A stretch of DNA of 64,000 bases, from positions 5,831-69,830 of the forward strand of contig NZ_JAYSBZ010000003.1 in assembly GCF_041915145.1 (NCBI RefSeq), written 5' to 3'. The notes under the pieces are model-generated. The model did not search any database. It saw nothing but the letters and a program-made list of their open reading frames with translations, and had not been told where the DNA came from. Below, piece after piece: positions 10,103 through 17,798 of the stretch (position 1 is its first letter; each line of letters starts with the position of its first letter). The position numbers and the translations under genes were made by a program. This stretch comes from Aquabacterium sp. Its GTDB lineage: Bacteria > Pseudomonadota > Gammaproteobacteria > Burkholderiales > Burkholderiaceae_C.

Positions 10103-13100
10103 AGATCTCCAAGCTCATCACCTGGCAATGGGGTTCGCTGGAGGCCAGGGAGTGGCCATTTGCCGACACGGTGTTGCTGACGGGCGAGTCGGGATCGGGC
10201 AAGTCGACCTTGCTGGACTCGATCCAGACGCTGCTCACAGCGGCGCACCACCACCTGGTGCAGTTCAACATCGGCCAGGACGAATCCACGCAAAGCCGGC
10301 GTGGTGGCAAGGAGCCTCGAACCTTAGCTGCCTACGCACTCGGTCAACAAGCTGACGGCGTCTTCCTGCGCAAGCGTTCGACGAGTTACGTGGCGCTGGT
10401 GTTCGAAGCCTCGGAAGGCGCGGGCGAAGAGGCGCAAGCCCTGACGGCCCTGATTGGCGTTGAGGCACACGAAGACGCTGCCAAGGCGGTGTTGTCACGC
10501 AGTCTCTTCTTCATCGTGCGCCGTGCGCTCGACCTGCAGCAGCTTCTACTGCGCACCGCAGACGGAATGCAGCCCGTTCCTGTGCCGGTCAAGGATCTCT
10601 ACCTGCATCTGCAACACCAACTGCGGGTTGGCCCCGAGGTCGTGCAGCGCTTCGAGGACAAGAGCAGCTACCTCACGCACCTGTACGGCGCCATGATGGG
10701 CAAGACGGCGGTATCGGAGCCTGAAGCCTTCCGTGCCGCGAAGTCGATCGTGAAGGCCATGGCCTACAAGGAGCTCGGAAACGTCAACGACCTGGTTCGA
10801 GACGAGATCCTGGATGCGCACGACTTCAGTCGCGACCTGGACAAGATGCGCGAACTGATGCGATCGATGGCCAGTCTCAAGGCTGAGGCCGAGCGCTTGC
10901 AGCAGAACATCGAGCGACTGGAATCCGTCGAGGCCGCAGCCACACGTGTCATCGACGATGCTCGCCGCTATGTCGTGCACTGCATCGCCCACTCGATCCG
11001 GGCATTGGACGAGGCTGAGACCGATCTGGAGTCCGTGCGTCGGCAGATGAAGTTCCAGCACAAGCGCAATCAGTTGCTGGAAGAGCGGCTGCAGGGCTTG
11101 CGCGAGGGCCAGGCGCAGCTGAATGAACAGTTGGACGGCATCAAGGCCAAACTCGCCGCCAGCGACGTGGCACAACGCAAGTCGGCGTTGGAGAGCGAGG
11201 TACGCACACTCCAGGACCAGTTCCGTCGTCACTGGGCAGCCATAGGTCAAGCCGCCAAAGGTCTGGCCAGCATGGTGGCCCAGATGGAGCGCCTGCTCGG
11301 CTTGGATCTTGCGGAAGCGCCGGCGCTGGAGGCTGCAGTGGCGGCGCTCCGACCGGCGGCCCAGGCCGTTCTGAAGCCGTGGCCTGAACTGTTTGCCATG
11401 TGCAGCCAGGAGGCCAGGCTGGACGCCGTGTTCCCGGCCTTTGACCTGGAAAGCTTCGACGGAGACCTCGGCCGGCTGGAACATGGGATCCGTGGCCATG
11501 ACGAGGCGCTGGCCGGCGCGGTCGTCATGGCCTTGACGACCGCGGGTCAGCAACTGGCCACCCTGGCGGACGACAAGGCGCAGCGCGACGCTGAATTGCG
11601 CCAGCTGCAGGCTGGCAAACCTCCTGCGCCTCCGGATGTGCGCACGGCTCTCGACCTGATCGAGCGAGAGCTGCCGCAGGCGCGGCCGCACATCCTGTCC
11701 CAACTCGTCGAACCCAAGGAGGGCAGCAGCTGGCAGAACGCGATCGAGGGCTACATGGGCGGCGACCGCTTTGCCTTGATCGTGGAGGCGGGATTCGAAG
11801 CGCCTTGCACACGCCTGGTGAAACGCCGGTTTCCTGTCCGCTCACCGAAGGTCGTGCAAGGAAGCAAGGCGATCGAAGACACGCGAGGTCGCTCGCTGGA
11901 TGCGCGAGCGGTGCTGAACGAGTTGGTCTGCCCGCACCCGGTGGCCAAGGCCTTCCTGCTTGCTCAGTACGGCAGGGTGCGCAAAGTGGACTCCGAGGAC
12001 GAGCTCGCACGAACACCCCAAGGTTTGATGGAGGAAGGCATCGGCAGCCGGGGCTACGGCATGTTCTCTTGCCGGGCATCCGACCACGACCTAGCTTTCG
12101 GCGAGGCAACGCGAAAGCGGCGTCTGGCCTGGTGCGAGCAGGAGTTGTCGCGCCTGACCGTGGAGATCCGCAAGATCGAGCATCTCCAGAGCTCGTTGAA
12201 CCTGGTCCTGCGCATGTTCAACGGTGCTGCATTCACAGCCTTGGCGCCCTTGATGGAGGCTGTCCTCAGCAGCCAGCTGCAGTATTCCCATGCCGCACAG
12301 GCGCTTGCAGCGTTGGATCTGTCAGCGATCGAAGACCTGGAGGCGCAGCGGCGCCAGATCGAGGCCAGCATCGGTGAGTCCAAGAAGGCGTACGACACGG
12401 AAATTCTGCAGGTCGGCGAGAACAACAAGACCCTGAAGGACATGGGGGGGCGCGAGAAGATCCTGGTGGACCGAATTCCAGCCCTGCAGTTGGAACGCAC
12501 CAATGCCATGGTCTGGGCCAGCCGCTTCGTCCAGGGCGCGCCGGAACTTGCGACCGAGTCGCAGTTGATCGATGAGGCCAGAGACCTCGCCGACAGTGCC
12601 GAGGTGACACTCGACGCGCTGCGTCATCGGGTCAGCGTTCTCGTTGAACGATTGCCCACATCGTTGCGCGAGCTGTCTTCTTGCGTCCAGACCTACCTGG
12701 TCGGCGTTCGAAATGACCAAGAGCGGTTCCTGTACACCGACCCGCCCAAGAGTTTCGACCGCATCGAGGCACTGCTGCCGCCCGTGATCGGGCTGCGACA
12801 GGTCGTGACCGAGCAGACACGTCGTCAACGGTCCATCGGCCTGGCCGAGAACCTGACGAAACTGAGAGAGGCGGAGTCCAGCTTCAACGCGGTGTTCACC
12901 ACCAGCTTCTGCTTCAAGGTGCGCGATGAAGTTCGCCAGGGGGCATCCACGCTGCAGAAGCTCAACCGGGAGTTGAAGAACATCCGATTCGGCACCGACA
13001 CCTTCGAGCTGGAATGGGCTTGGGTGCCGCGGCTGCAAAAGGTGTTCGAGTTCTTCGAGGCCATGGAAGGATTGGTGGACAGTCTGGAGAAGGACAGCGG

Positions 13101-13776
13101 ATCCATCTTCGACTCACCCAGGCTGAGTGACGAGCACCGGCTGACGGCACAGGACATCCGTCGCTTGTTGCTGGCCAATGACCAAGGCGCCTCGGAGCGT
13201 GCCCTGAAGGAACTTGCTGACTATCGCAACTACCGCCGCTATGACATCATCCGGCACAGCCCTGTCGGGCAGACCAAGTTGTCCACCTGGGGCACCGGAT
13301 CGGGTGGCGAGCTGGAAACACCGTTCTACGTCATCCGCTCAGCCGTGTTGGCACACGCGCTCGGGCACTTCGGCCGTGATCGCCGCGGCGCGCCGGCCCT
13401 GCGCCTGATGTTGTCAGACGAGGCGTTCTCCAAGATGGATGAGTCTCGGTCCCGCAGCGTGCTTCAGTTCTTGTCGCGGAGCCTGGGCTTGCAGCTGGTG
13501 GTGGCCATGCCGACTTCAAAGTCCGGGGCCGTCAAGCCGGAGTTCGACAAGGAGTTCACCTTCTCCAAGGTGCTGGCTTCCCGTGATGGCGCCGAGCTGT
13601 TCGTCAGCGAGGTTCAGGAGAAGACGCTCAAGCGTGAGCCCTTGGCCAGGCTCTGGGCAGCCCACGCGGAGCAAGCCCGGGAATCCGGGCGACTGGCTCA
13701 CGAAGCCATGCAACGAGGGAACGCGCCGTCTGAAATTTCGGACATGCCGAGACCGGTGACAGGCGGAGATGACTGA
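10099..13776 (+). CDS. jetC: Wadjet JetC (SMC/MksB-like ABC ATPase)
   Basis: It has an N-terminal Walker A (LLTGESGSGKSTLLDSIQ), a roughly 900-aa predicted coiled-coil middle rich in E/Q/L/R, and a C-terminal Walker B (LRLMLSDEAFSKMDE). Length is 1225 aa. Confidence 0.9.
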   Translation: MKISKLITWQWGSLEAREWPFADTVLLTGESGSGKSTLLDSIQTLLTAAHHHLVQFNIGQDESTQSRRGGKEPRTLAAYALGQQADGVFLRKRSTSYVALVFEASEGAGEEAQALTALIGVEAHEDAAKAVLSRSLFFIVRRALDLQQLLLRTADGMQPVPVPVKDLYLHLQHQLRVGPEVVQRFEDKSSYLTHLYGAMMGKTAVSEPEAFRAAKSIVKAMAYKELGNVNDLVRDEILDAHDFSRDLDKMRELMRSMASLKAEAERLQQNIERLESVEAAATRVIDDARRYVVHCIAHSIRALDEAETDLESVRRQMKFQHKRNQLLEERLQGLREGQAQLNEQLDGIKAKLAASDVAQRKSALESEVRTLQDQFRRHWAAIGQAAKGLASMVAQMERLLGLDLAEAPALEAAVAALRPAAQAVLKPWPELFAMCSQEARLDAVFPAFDLESFDGDLGRLEHGIRGHDEALAGAVVMALTTAGQQLATLADDKAQRDAELRQLQAGKPPAPPDVRTALDLIERELPQARPHILSQLVEPKEGSSWQNAIEGYMGGDRFALIVEAGFEAPCTRLVKRRFPVRSPKVVQGSKAIEDTRGRSLDARAVLNELVCPHPVAKAFLLAQYGRVRKVDSEDELARTPQGLMEEGIGSRGYGMFSCRASDHDLAFGEATRKRRLAWCEQELSRLTVEIRKIEHLQSSLNLVLRMFNGAAFTALAPLMEAVLSSQLQYSHAAQALAALDLSAIEDLEAQRRQIEASIGESKKAYDTEILQVGENNKTLKDMGGREKILVDRIPALQLERTNAMVWASRFVQGAPELATESQLIDEARDLADSAEVTLDALRHRVSVLVERLPTSLRELSSCVQTYLVGVRNDQERFLYTDPPKSFDRIEALLPPVIGLRQVVTEQTRRQRSIGLAENLTKLREAESSFNAVFTTSFCFKVRDEVRQGASTLQKLNRELKNIRFGTDTFELEWAWVPRLQKVFEFFEAMEGLVDSLEKDSGSIFDSPRLSDEHRLTAQDIRRLLLANDQGASERALKELADYRNYRRYDIIRHSPVGQTKLSTWGTGSGGELETPFYVIRSAVLAHALGHFGRDRRGAPALRLMLSDEAFSKMDESRSRSVLQFLSRSLGLQLVVAMPTSKSGAVKPEFDKEFTFSKVLASRDGAELFVSEVQEKTLKREPLARLWAAHAEQARESGRLAHEAMQRGNAPSEISDMPRPVTGGDD

Positions 13777-14983
13777 GGCCTGGTTCCAACCGACGGGATC
13801 ACCCGGTGACCTTGGTCCGCCACGCGATCCGATGCTCTTGCGTGTCGCCTCCCGGCTGCTCGCCAAGGCCGAGCGTTCAAACGACCCGCGCAGCACGCGG
13901 CTGAGGCTGGATCAGCGCGAGTTGCCCGAATTGCACGGGCAAGTCCATGCAGAGGCCGTCGGCCGCGTGGAATTGCTGCTGCGGGAGTTGTGCGGCACGG
14001 GGTGGGTCCGGTTGATCCTGGCCCCAGAGCGGGAGTTTGCCGGCTTCGTCGATCGCAAGCCACAGCTGGAGTTGATGGATTTCGATGCCCTGGCGGCATG
14101 GGCTGGCTACGCTCGTCGGGCGGACCACTGGCAGCGCCGTCTCGCCGCGCATCTCGAACAACACTGGGTAGATTCCGACGATGGTGCGAAGCGGTCGCTG
14201 ATCGACTACCTGAACCGCAGCCCTCTCTCTGCGCTGTCGACGGTTTCCACCGAGGAGGCCGCGCGCTGCCTTCACGACCTCCGAGAGCTGTGCCTGTCCG
14301 GGGCGGCCATGCCGTTGCGCGAGGCATCGGCGCGTGTGTTCCACGGCAGATCGAAGGTGCTCGACACCAGAGACGAACTGCTGCGGCTCCTGGGTGCGAC
14401 ACCCGGGCAGTTTTGGGAGGCGCCCATACAGTTGCTGATCGATGTTCCTGCCTTCTTCGACGAGGCGCTGTTCATCGAGAACCTGGTGACCTTTGAACGG
14501 ATGGCGGACGCGAGAGCGCCCGAATGGCAGCACAGCCTCCTGGTCTATGCCGCCGGCTTCAAGGGGAGTGCGAAGCGTCTTCGACATCGCGGTGGTTGTC
14601 GGGTTTACCTCCGGACGGCGATGACCGGTGCGCTGTCGGTGGACCCGCCCTCGGCACGAGGTCTGGCTGTTGTCAGCGATTGGCTGTTTGATCGCGCAGA
14701 TCTTCCTGTACGGTTCTTCGGCGACCTGGACTACGCCGGCATGCAGATCCTTGCCAGCCTGAGAGAGGTGTTTCCCGATGCGATGGCTTGGCAGCCGGGC
14801 TATGCAGACCTCCTGGCGGTCCTTGCTTCAGGCGGAGGGCATATCCCGGAGACGGCGAACAAGGAGCGGCAGGCAGACCCTGAAACCACGGGGTGTGCTT
14901 ACGCAGACGAAGTTCTTCTGACCGCACTTCGCGGTGCTGGGCGGTTCGTTGACCAGGAGGCGTTCGGGGCGGATCGGCAGTGA
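13769..14983 (+). CDS. jetD: Wadjet JetD (Toprim-type nuclease subunit, DUF2220-like)
   Basis: It overlaps the jetC end by 8 nt. The C-terminal motif VRFFGDLDYAGMQILASLR is the GDxD Toprim signature typical of JetD/MksG. Length is 404 aa. Confidence 0.85.
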   Translation: MTEAWFQPTGSPGDLGPPRDPMLLRVASRLLAKAERSNDPRSTRLRLDQRELPELHGQVHAEAVGRVELLLRELCGTGWVRLILAPEREFAGFVDRKPQLELMDFDALAAWAGYARRADHWQRRLAAHLEQHWVDSDDGAKRSLIDYLNRSPLSALSTVSTEEAARCLHDLRELCLSGAAMPLREASARVFHGRSKVLDTRDELLRLLGATPGQFWEAPIQLLIDVPAFFDEALFIENLVTFERMADARAPEWQHSLLVYAAGFKGSAKRLRHRGGCRVYLRTAMTGALSVDPPSARGLAVVSDWLFDRADLPVRFFGDLDYAGMQILASLREVFPDAMAWQPGYADLLAVLASGGGHIPETANKERQADPETTGCAYADEVLLTALRGAGRFVDQEAFGADRQ

Positions 14984-15034
14984 TTTTCGGTCGCTGCTGA
15001 CGAACCGGTCGGTGATGCCTCCGCATTGAACGTG

Positions 15035-15070
15035 GCGAAGCGCGACCGTCTCCGGCCGCTTCGCTGTTTG
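15035..15070 (+). terminator. Possible weak intrinsic terminator after jetD
   Basis: GCGAAGCG (15035..15042) pairs with CGCTTCGC (15057..15064) around a 14-nt loop, followed by TGTTTGTGT. The T-tract is poor. Confidence 0.35.
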
Positions 15071-15132
15071 TGTGGGGCATCAGCCAGCGCATCCATGCGC
15101 CAGGGCTGAGCCATCTCGTCGAGAGGTGCGCC

Positions 15133-15822
15133 ATGGCAGCAAGCGGTGTGACGTTCAAGCGCTTCCTGGATTCACGACGGAAGGACTTGCGCCGCATCGC
15201 CGCGCAGACCTGCGGCGAGTGCATGATCGACGACGTCTGCTCCGAGGCCTGGCTGGTCGCCGACGAGATTTCCAGGAAGCGCGGCTTCGCAGTCGACTTT
15301 CTGAACACGGACGACCAGGAGCAGTTGCTGTCCTGGCTTTATGTTCGCCTGGTGCGCTACGCGGACAAGAGCGTTCGCTACGCAGTCAAGCTGGATCGGG
15401 ATTGGGACTCTGAAGATGCGGACTCTGCCGCTGGGGCGCTCGCCCGCCTGTTGACGGCCCCCGAGCAATTCGATCCGCTGAAGCGGCTCATTGAGGAGGA
15501 AAACCGGTTCGACCCGATGGCGCTGATCCAGTACAGCTACTCCCAGGCCTCTGCGTACGTGATCCTCCTGCATCGGTTCGATTGGGACTTGGCAAACCTG
15601 GCCGATCATCTGCGCGTCGTGGTGGCGACGCTCAGAACCAAAGTCTGTGCGAGCGGTGCCTGGATGGCCAACCAGCCATCGCTTTTCGACCGGATCAACA
15701 CCGTCGAGTTGGACTTCTCGCCGAGGCTGGCCAAGCGCTACGCACCGGGCAAGAATGTTGAATCCAGCCAAGCCCAACTGGCTTGGTGTACGCCGGACTG
15801 GACCCCAGCCATCGAGGCGTAG
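15133..15822 (+). CDS. Hypothetical protein (229 aa) with faint ECF-sigma/HTH-like features
   Basis: GAGAGG lies upstream of ATG 15133. DDVCSEAWLVADEI...LLSWLYVRLVRYADKSVR resembles sigma region 2, and ANLADHLRVVVATLRTKV resembles a region-4 HTH. The resemblance is weak and unverified. Confidence 0.5.
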   Translation: MAASGVTFKRFLDSRRKDLRRIAAQTCGECMIDDVCSEAWLVADEISRKRGFAVDFLNTDDQEQLLSWLYVRLVRYADKSVRYAVKLDRDWDSEDADSAAGALARLLTAPEQFDPLKRLIEEENRFDPMALIQYSYSQASAYVILLHRFDWDLANLADHLRVVVATLRTKVCASGAWMANQPSLFDRINTVELDFSPRLAKRYAPGKNVESSQAQLAWCTPDWTPAIEA

Positions 15823-15832
15823 CGATTGGGCT

Positions 15833-15956
15833 TGTCTACGACATCCCTGCTGATCGGGCCTCAGGCCCTCGAGCGCGTCGTGGACTGTCTACGACTTCGC
15901 TGTTGATGGCCCACCCGAAACGCTGTGTCGCTTACCTGGCGGAGCTGTCTACGACT
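15833..15956 (-). repeat. Three spaced copies of TGTCTACGAC(T), the inverse of the left-end motif, at the distal (Tn7L-like) end
   Basis: Copies lie at 15833..15842, 15886..15896 and 15946..15956, spaced 53 and 60 bp apart. The latter two are exact reverse complements of AGTCGTAGACA. Confidence 0.85.
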
Positions 15957-15972
15957 CTATTGGCAACGAACA
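15944..15972 (-). repeat. Terminal inverted repeat, distal end
   Basis: Its reverse complement, TGTTCGTTGCCAATAGAGTCGTAGACAGC, matches 1762..1790 at 27/29 positions. Confidence 0.9.
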
Positions 15973-16958
15973 TCAGGAGCAATCAAGCCGCCGGCCCGTA
16001 GCCAGTCTTCCGTGCGGGCCATGCCGACAGCCAGATCGATCGCCGGCCGGTAGCCCAGCACGGATCGCGCCTTGTCGATGCTGTAGCCCGCCTCTCGAGC
16101 CAGCATGGCCAAGGACGACGCGCTGACTTCTGTCTGCCGTCTGCAAACGTCGTGCAACCACCACTCGGTCAGGCGCGTCAGGCCTTGGGCCAGCGGCGTG
16201 GCCAATTTGACGGGCCCCCTGCGACGACGCAGCCAGCGGTGGTGATGGGCAAAGAACTGCTCGCAAGGCGTGTCGGTTCCGTCGGTCAGATTGAATATCT
16301 GGCCCGCGGCGCGCGCGCTCGCGGCGGCCGCCACGATGCCGTCGAGCAGGTTGTCGATGTAGACCGGGCTGAACACGCCGCGACCGTGGCGCGGGAGCAG
16401 GAACAGGTTCTTGCGAATCAGCTCCAGCGGGATCAGCACCCAGGGGCGAGAGCCCGGCCCGTAGACGTCGCCCGGGCGGATGATCGTGCAATCGATTTCG
16501 CCCGCGGCGTGCGCGGCCAGCACGGCGTGTTCGCTCGCCGCCTTGGCGTCGCAGTAGGGGTGGCCGCTCAGGGTGACGATCGGCGACGATTCGTTGCGCG
16601 TCGTGGTGAAGTCCAGACCATACGCCGCGATGGACGAGATGTGCACGAAGCGCGAGGCGCCGCCTTGCATGGCCGCGTCCAGCACGTGGCGCACGCTGCC
16701 GACGCTGACGCTTTGATAGAGATGCGCGGGCGCGCTGTTGGACACCACGGCCGCCGCATGCACGACCAAGTCGCAGCCGCGCGCCTGCCGCTGCCACGAC
16801 CCCGGCTGCGCGACGTTCCCGGCGCACACCTGGCGTGACGGGTCGGCATGGAGATCGATGCCGCAGACCTCGCTGCCCAGCAACTGATAGCGCACCATCA
16901 GCGCGCGCCCGATGAAGCCGTTGGCTCCGGTGATGCAGATTTTTCGGGGAGCGCTCAT
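15957..16958 (-). CDS. NAD-dependent epimerase/dehydratase family protein (3' end supplied by the transposon TIR)
   Basis: The N-terminal Rossmann motif is KICITGANGFIGRAL. The last 4 codons and the stop (15957..15971) lie inside the element's TIR. Confidence 0.85.
   Translation of the reverse strand: MSAPRKICITGANGFIGRALMVRYQLLGSEVCGIDLHADPSRQVCAGNVAQPGSWQRQARGCDLVVHAAAVVSNSAPAHLYQSVSVGSVRHVLDAAMQGGASRFVHISSIAAYGLDFTTTRNESSPIVTLSGHPYCDAKAASEHAVLAAHAAGEIDCTIIRPGDVYGPGSRPWVLIPLELIRKNLFLLPRHGRGVFSPVYIDNLLDGIVAAAASARAAGQIFNLTDGTDTPCEQFFAHHHRWLRRRRGPVKLATPLAQGLTRLTEWWLHDVCRRQTEVSASSLAMLAREAGYSIDKARSVLGYRPAIDLAVGMARTEDWLRAGGLIAPDVRCQ
15973..15978. repeat. Target-site duplication copy (TCAGGA), distal
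   Basis: Identical to 1756..1761 and immediately outside the TIR. Confidence 0.75.
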
Positions 16959-16961
16959 GGG

Positions 16962-17798
16962 TCAGCGTGCGATGGCGCGGTCAACCACGAAGTCGCTGAT
17001 CTTGCGGAGTGCGCCGGGCATGTGGCGGGCGAACCAGGCCGACAGGCGGGGCATCAGGCCGGGCACGATCATGAAACGGCGGCGCGCCATGCCCGCCAGC
17101 ATTTCGGCGCAGGCGGCTTCTAGCGGCATGGTGCCCACGAAGTCCTTCAGGGCGGCGGCGGCCGGGTGCAGGGTCTTGCGTTCCTCGGTCACCATGGGGG
17201 TGGGCAGTTCGGCCGGGCAGCACACGCTGATGTCGATGCCGCGCAAGCGCTGCTCGATGCGCAACACCTCGGCCAGCCCGACCACGCCGAACTTGGAGGC
17301 CCCGTAGGCCGCGTACGCGAAGCTGCCGACCAGGCCGGCCATCGAGGCGATCAGCGTCAGATGCGAGCCGCGCCGCATGTGGCGCAGCACGGCCGACGCG
17401 AAGTGGCGCGCGCCGATCAGGTTGACGCCGATCACGCGGGTGAAGGTGGCGCCGTCGAGCTCCTCGAACGGCGCCGCGGCCAACACGCCCGCCGAATGGA
17501 TGCACAGGTCGGGCGAGCCGAGATCGGCCACCGCGCGCTCCACGGCGCTGGCGATGGCGGCCTCGTCGGATACGTCGGCCGCGTAGCAGCGAATGCGCTG
17601 GTCCGGCCGGATGGCGTGCGCCCGAATGGCCGCGACGGCGCCCGGCGCCAGCGAGCGGTTGAAGATGGCCACGTCGGCTCCGCAACGCGCCAGCAGGATG
17701 CCCAGCTCGCGGCCGATGCCGCTGCTGCCGCCGCTGATGAACACGCAGCGCGGCACGCCGTGGGCCCAGGCGCGCGGTGAGGGCGCAGCGAACGTCAT
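16962..17798 (-). CDS. Short-chain dehydrogenase/reductase (SDR)
   Basis: It has the motifs [14 protein letters not shown] (TGxxxGxG type) and YGASK (YxxxK). Its start overlaps the stop of the upstream GMC gene by 4 nt. Confidence 0.85.
   Translation of the reverse strand: MTFAAPSPRAWAHGVPRCVFISGGSSGIGRELGILLARCGADVAIFNRSLAPGAVAAIRAHAIRPDQRIRCYAADVSDEAAIASAVERAVADLGSPDLCIHSAGVLAAAPFEELDGATFTRVIGVNLIGARHFASAVLRHMRRGSHLTLIASMAGLVGSFAYAAYGASKFGVVGLAEVLRIEQRLRGIDISVCCPAELPTPMVTEERKTLHPAAAALKDFVGTMPLEAACAEMLAGMARRRFMIVPGLMPRLSAWFARHMPGALRKISDFVVDRAIAR

Larger units (their letters stand above)
1762..15972. mobile_element. Tn7-like element inserted at the glmS attachment site; complete ends, no recognisable tnsABCD/tniQ genes (non-autonomous or decayed); defence-gene cargo
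   Basis: The ends are TGTTCCTTGCCAATAAAGTCGTAGACAGC (1762..1790) and the reverse complement of 15944..15972, TGTTCGTTGCCAATAGAGTCGTAGACAGC: 27/29 identical with TGT...ACA termini. Each end has three copies of the AGTCGTAGACA motif, tightly phased at the glmS-proximal end and spread out at the distal end, as in Tn7R and Tn7L. The element is flanked by TCAGGA on both sides and starts 22 nt after the glmS stop. Several internal regions look lower in GC by eye. Confidence 0.85.

Noticed and set aside
1762-15972. Looked for tnsA/tnsB/tnsC/tnsD or tniQ, an integrase, or CRISPR-associated (CAST) components inside the element.
   Set aside because: No ORF shows a DDE/RNase-H-like transposase pattern, a TnsC-type AAA+ of suitable size, a tyrosine or serine recombinase motif, or any repeat-spacer array. 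The only large ATPase is the SMC-like JetC. This is a negative call by eye and needs HMM confirmation.
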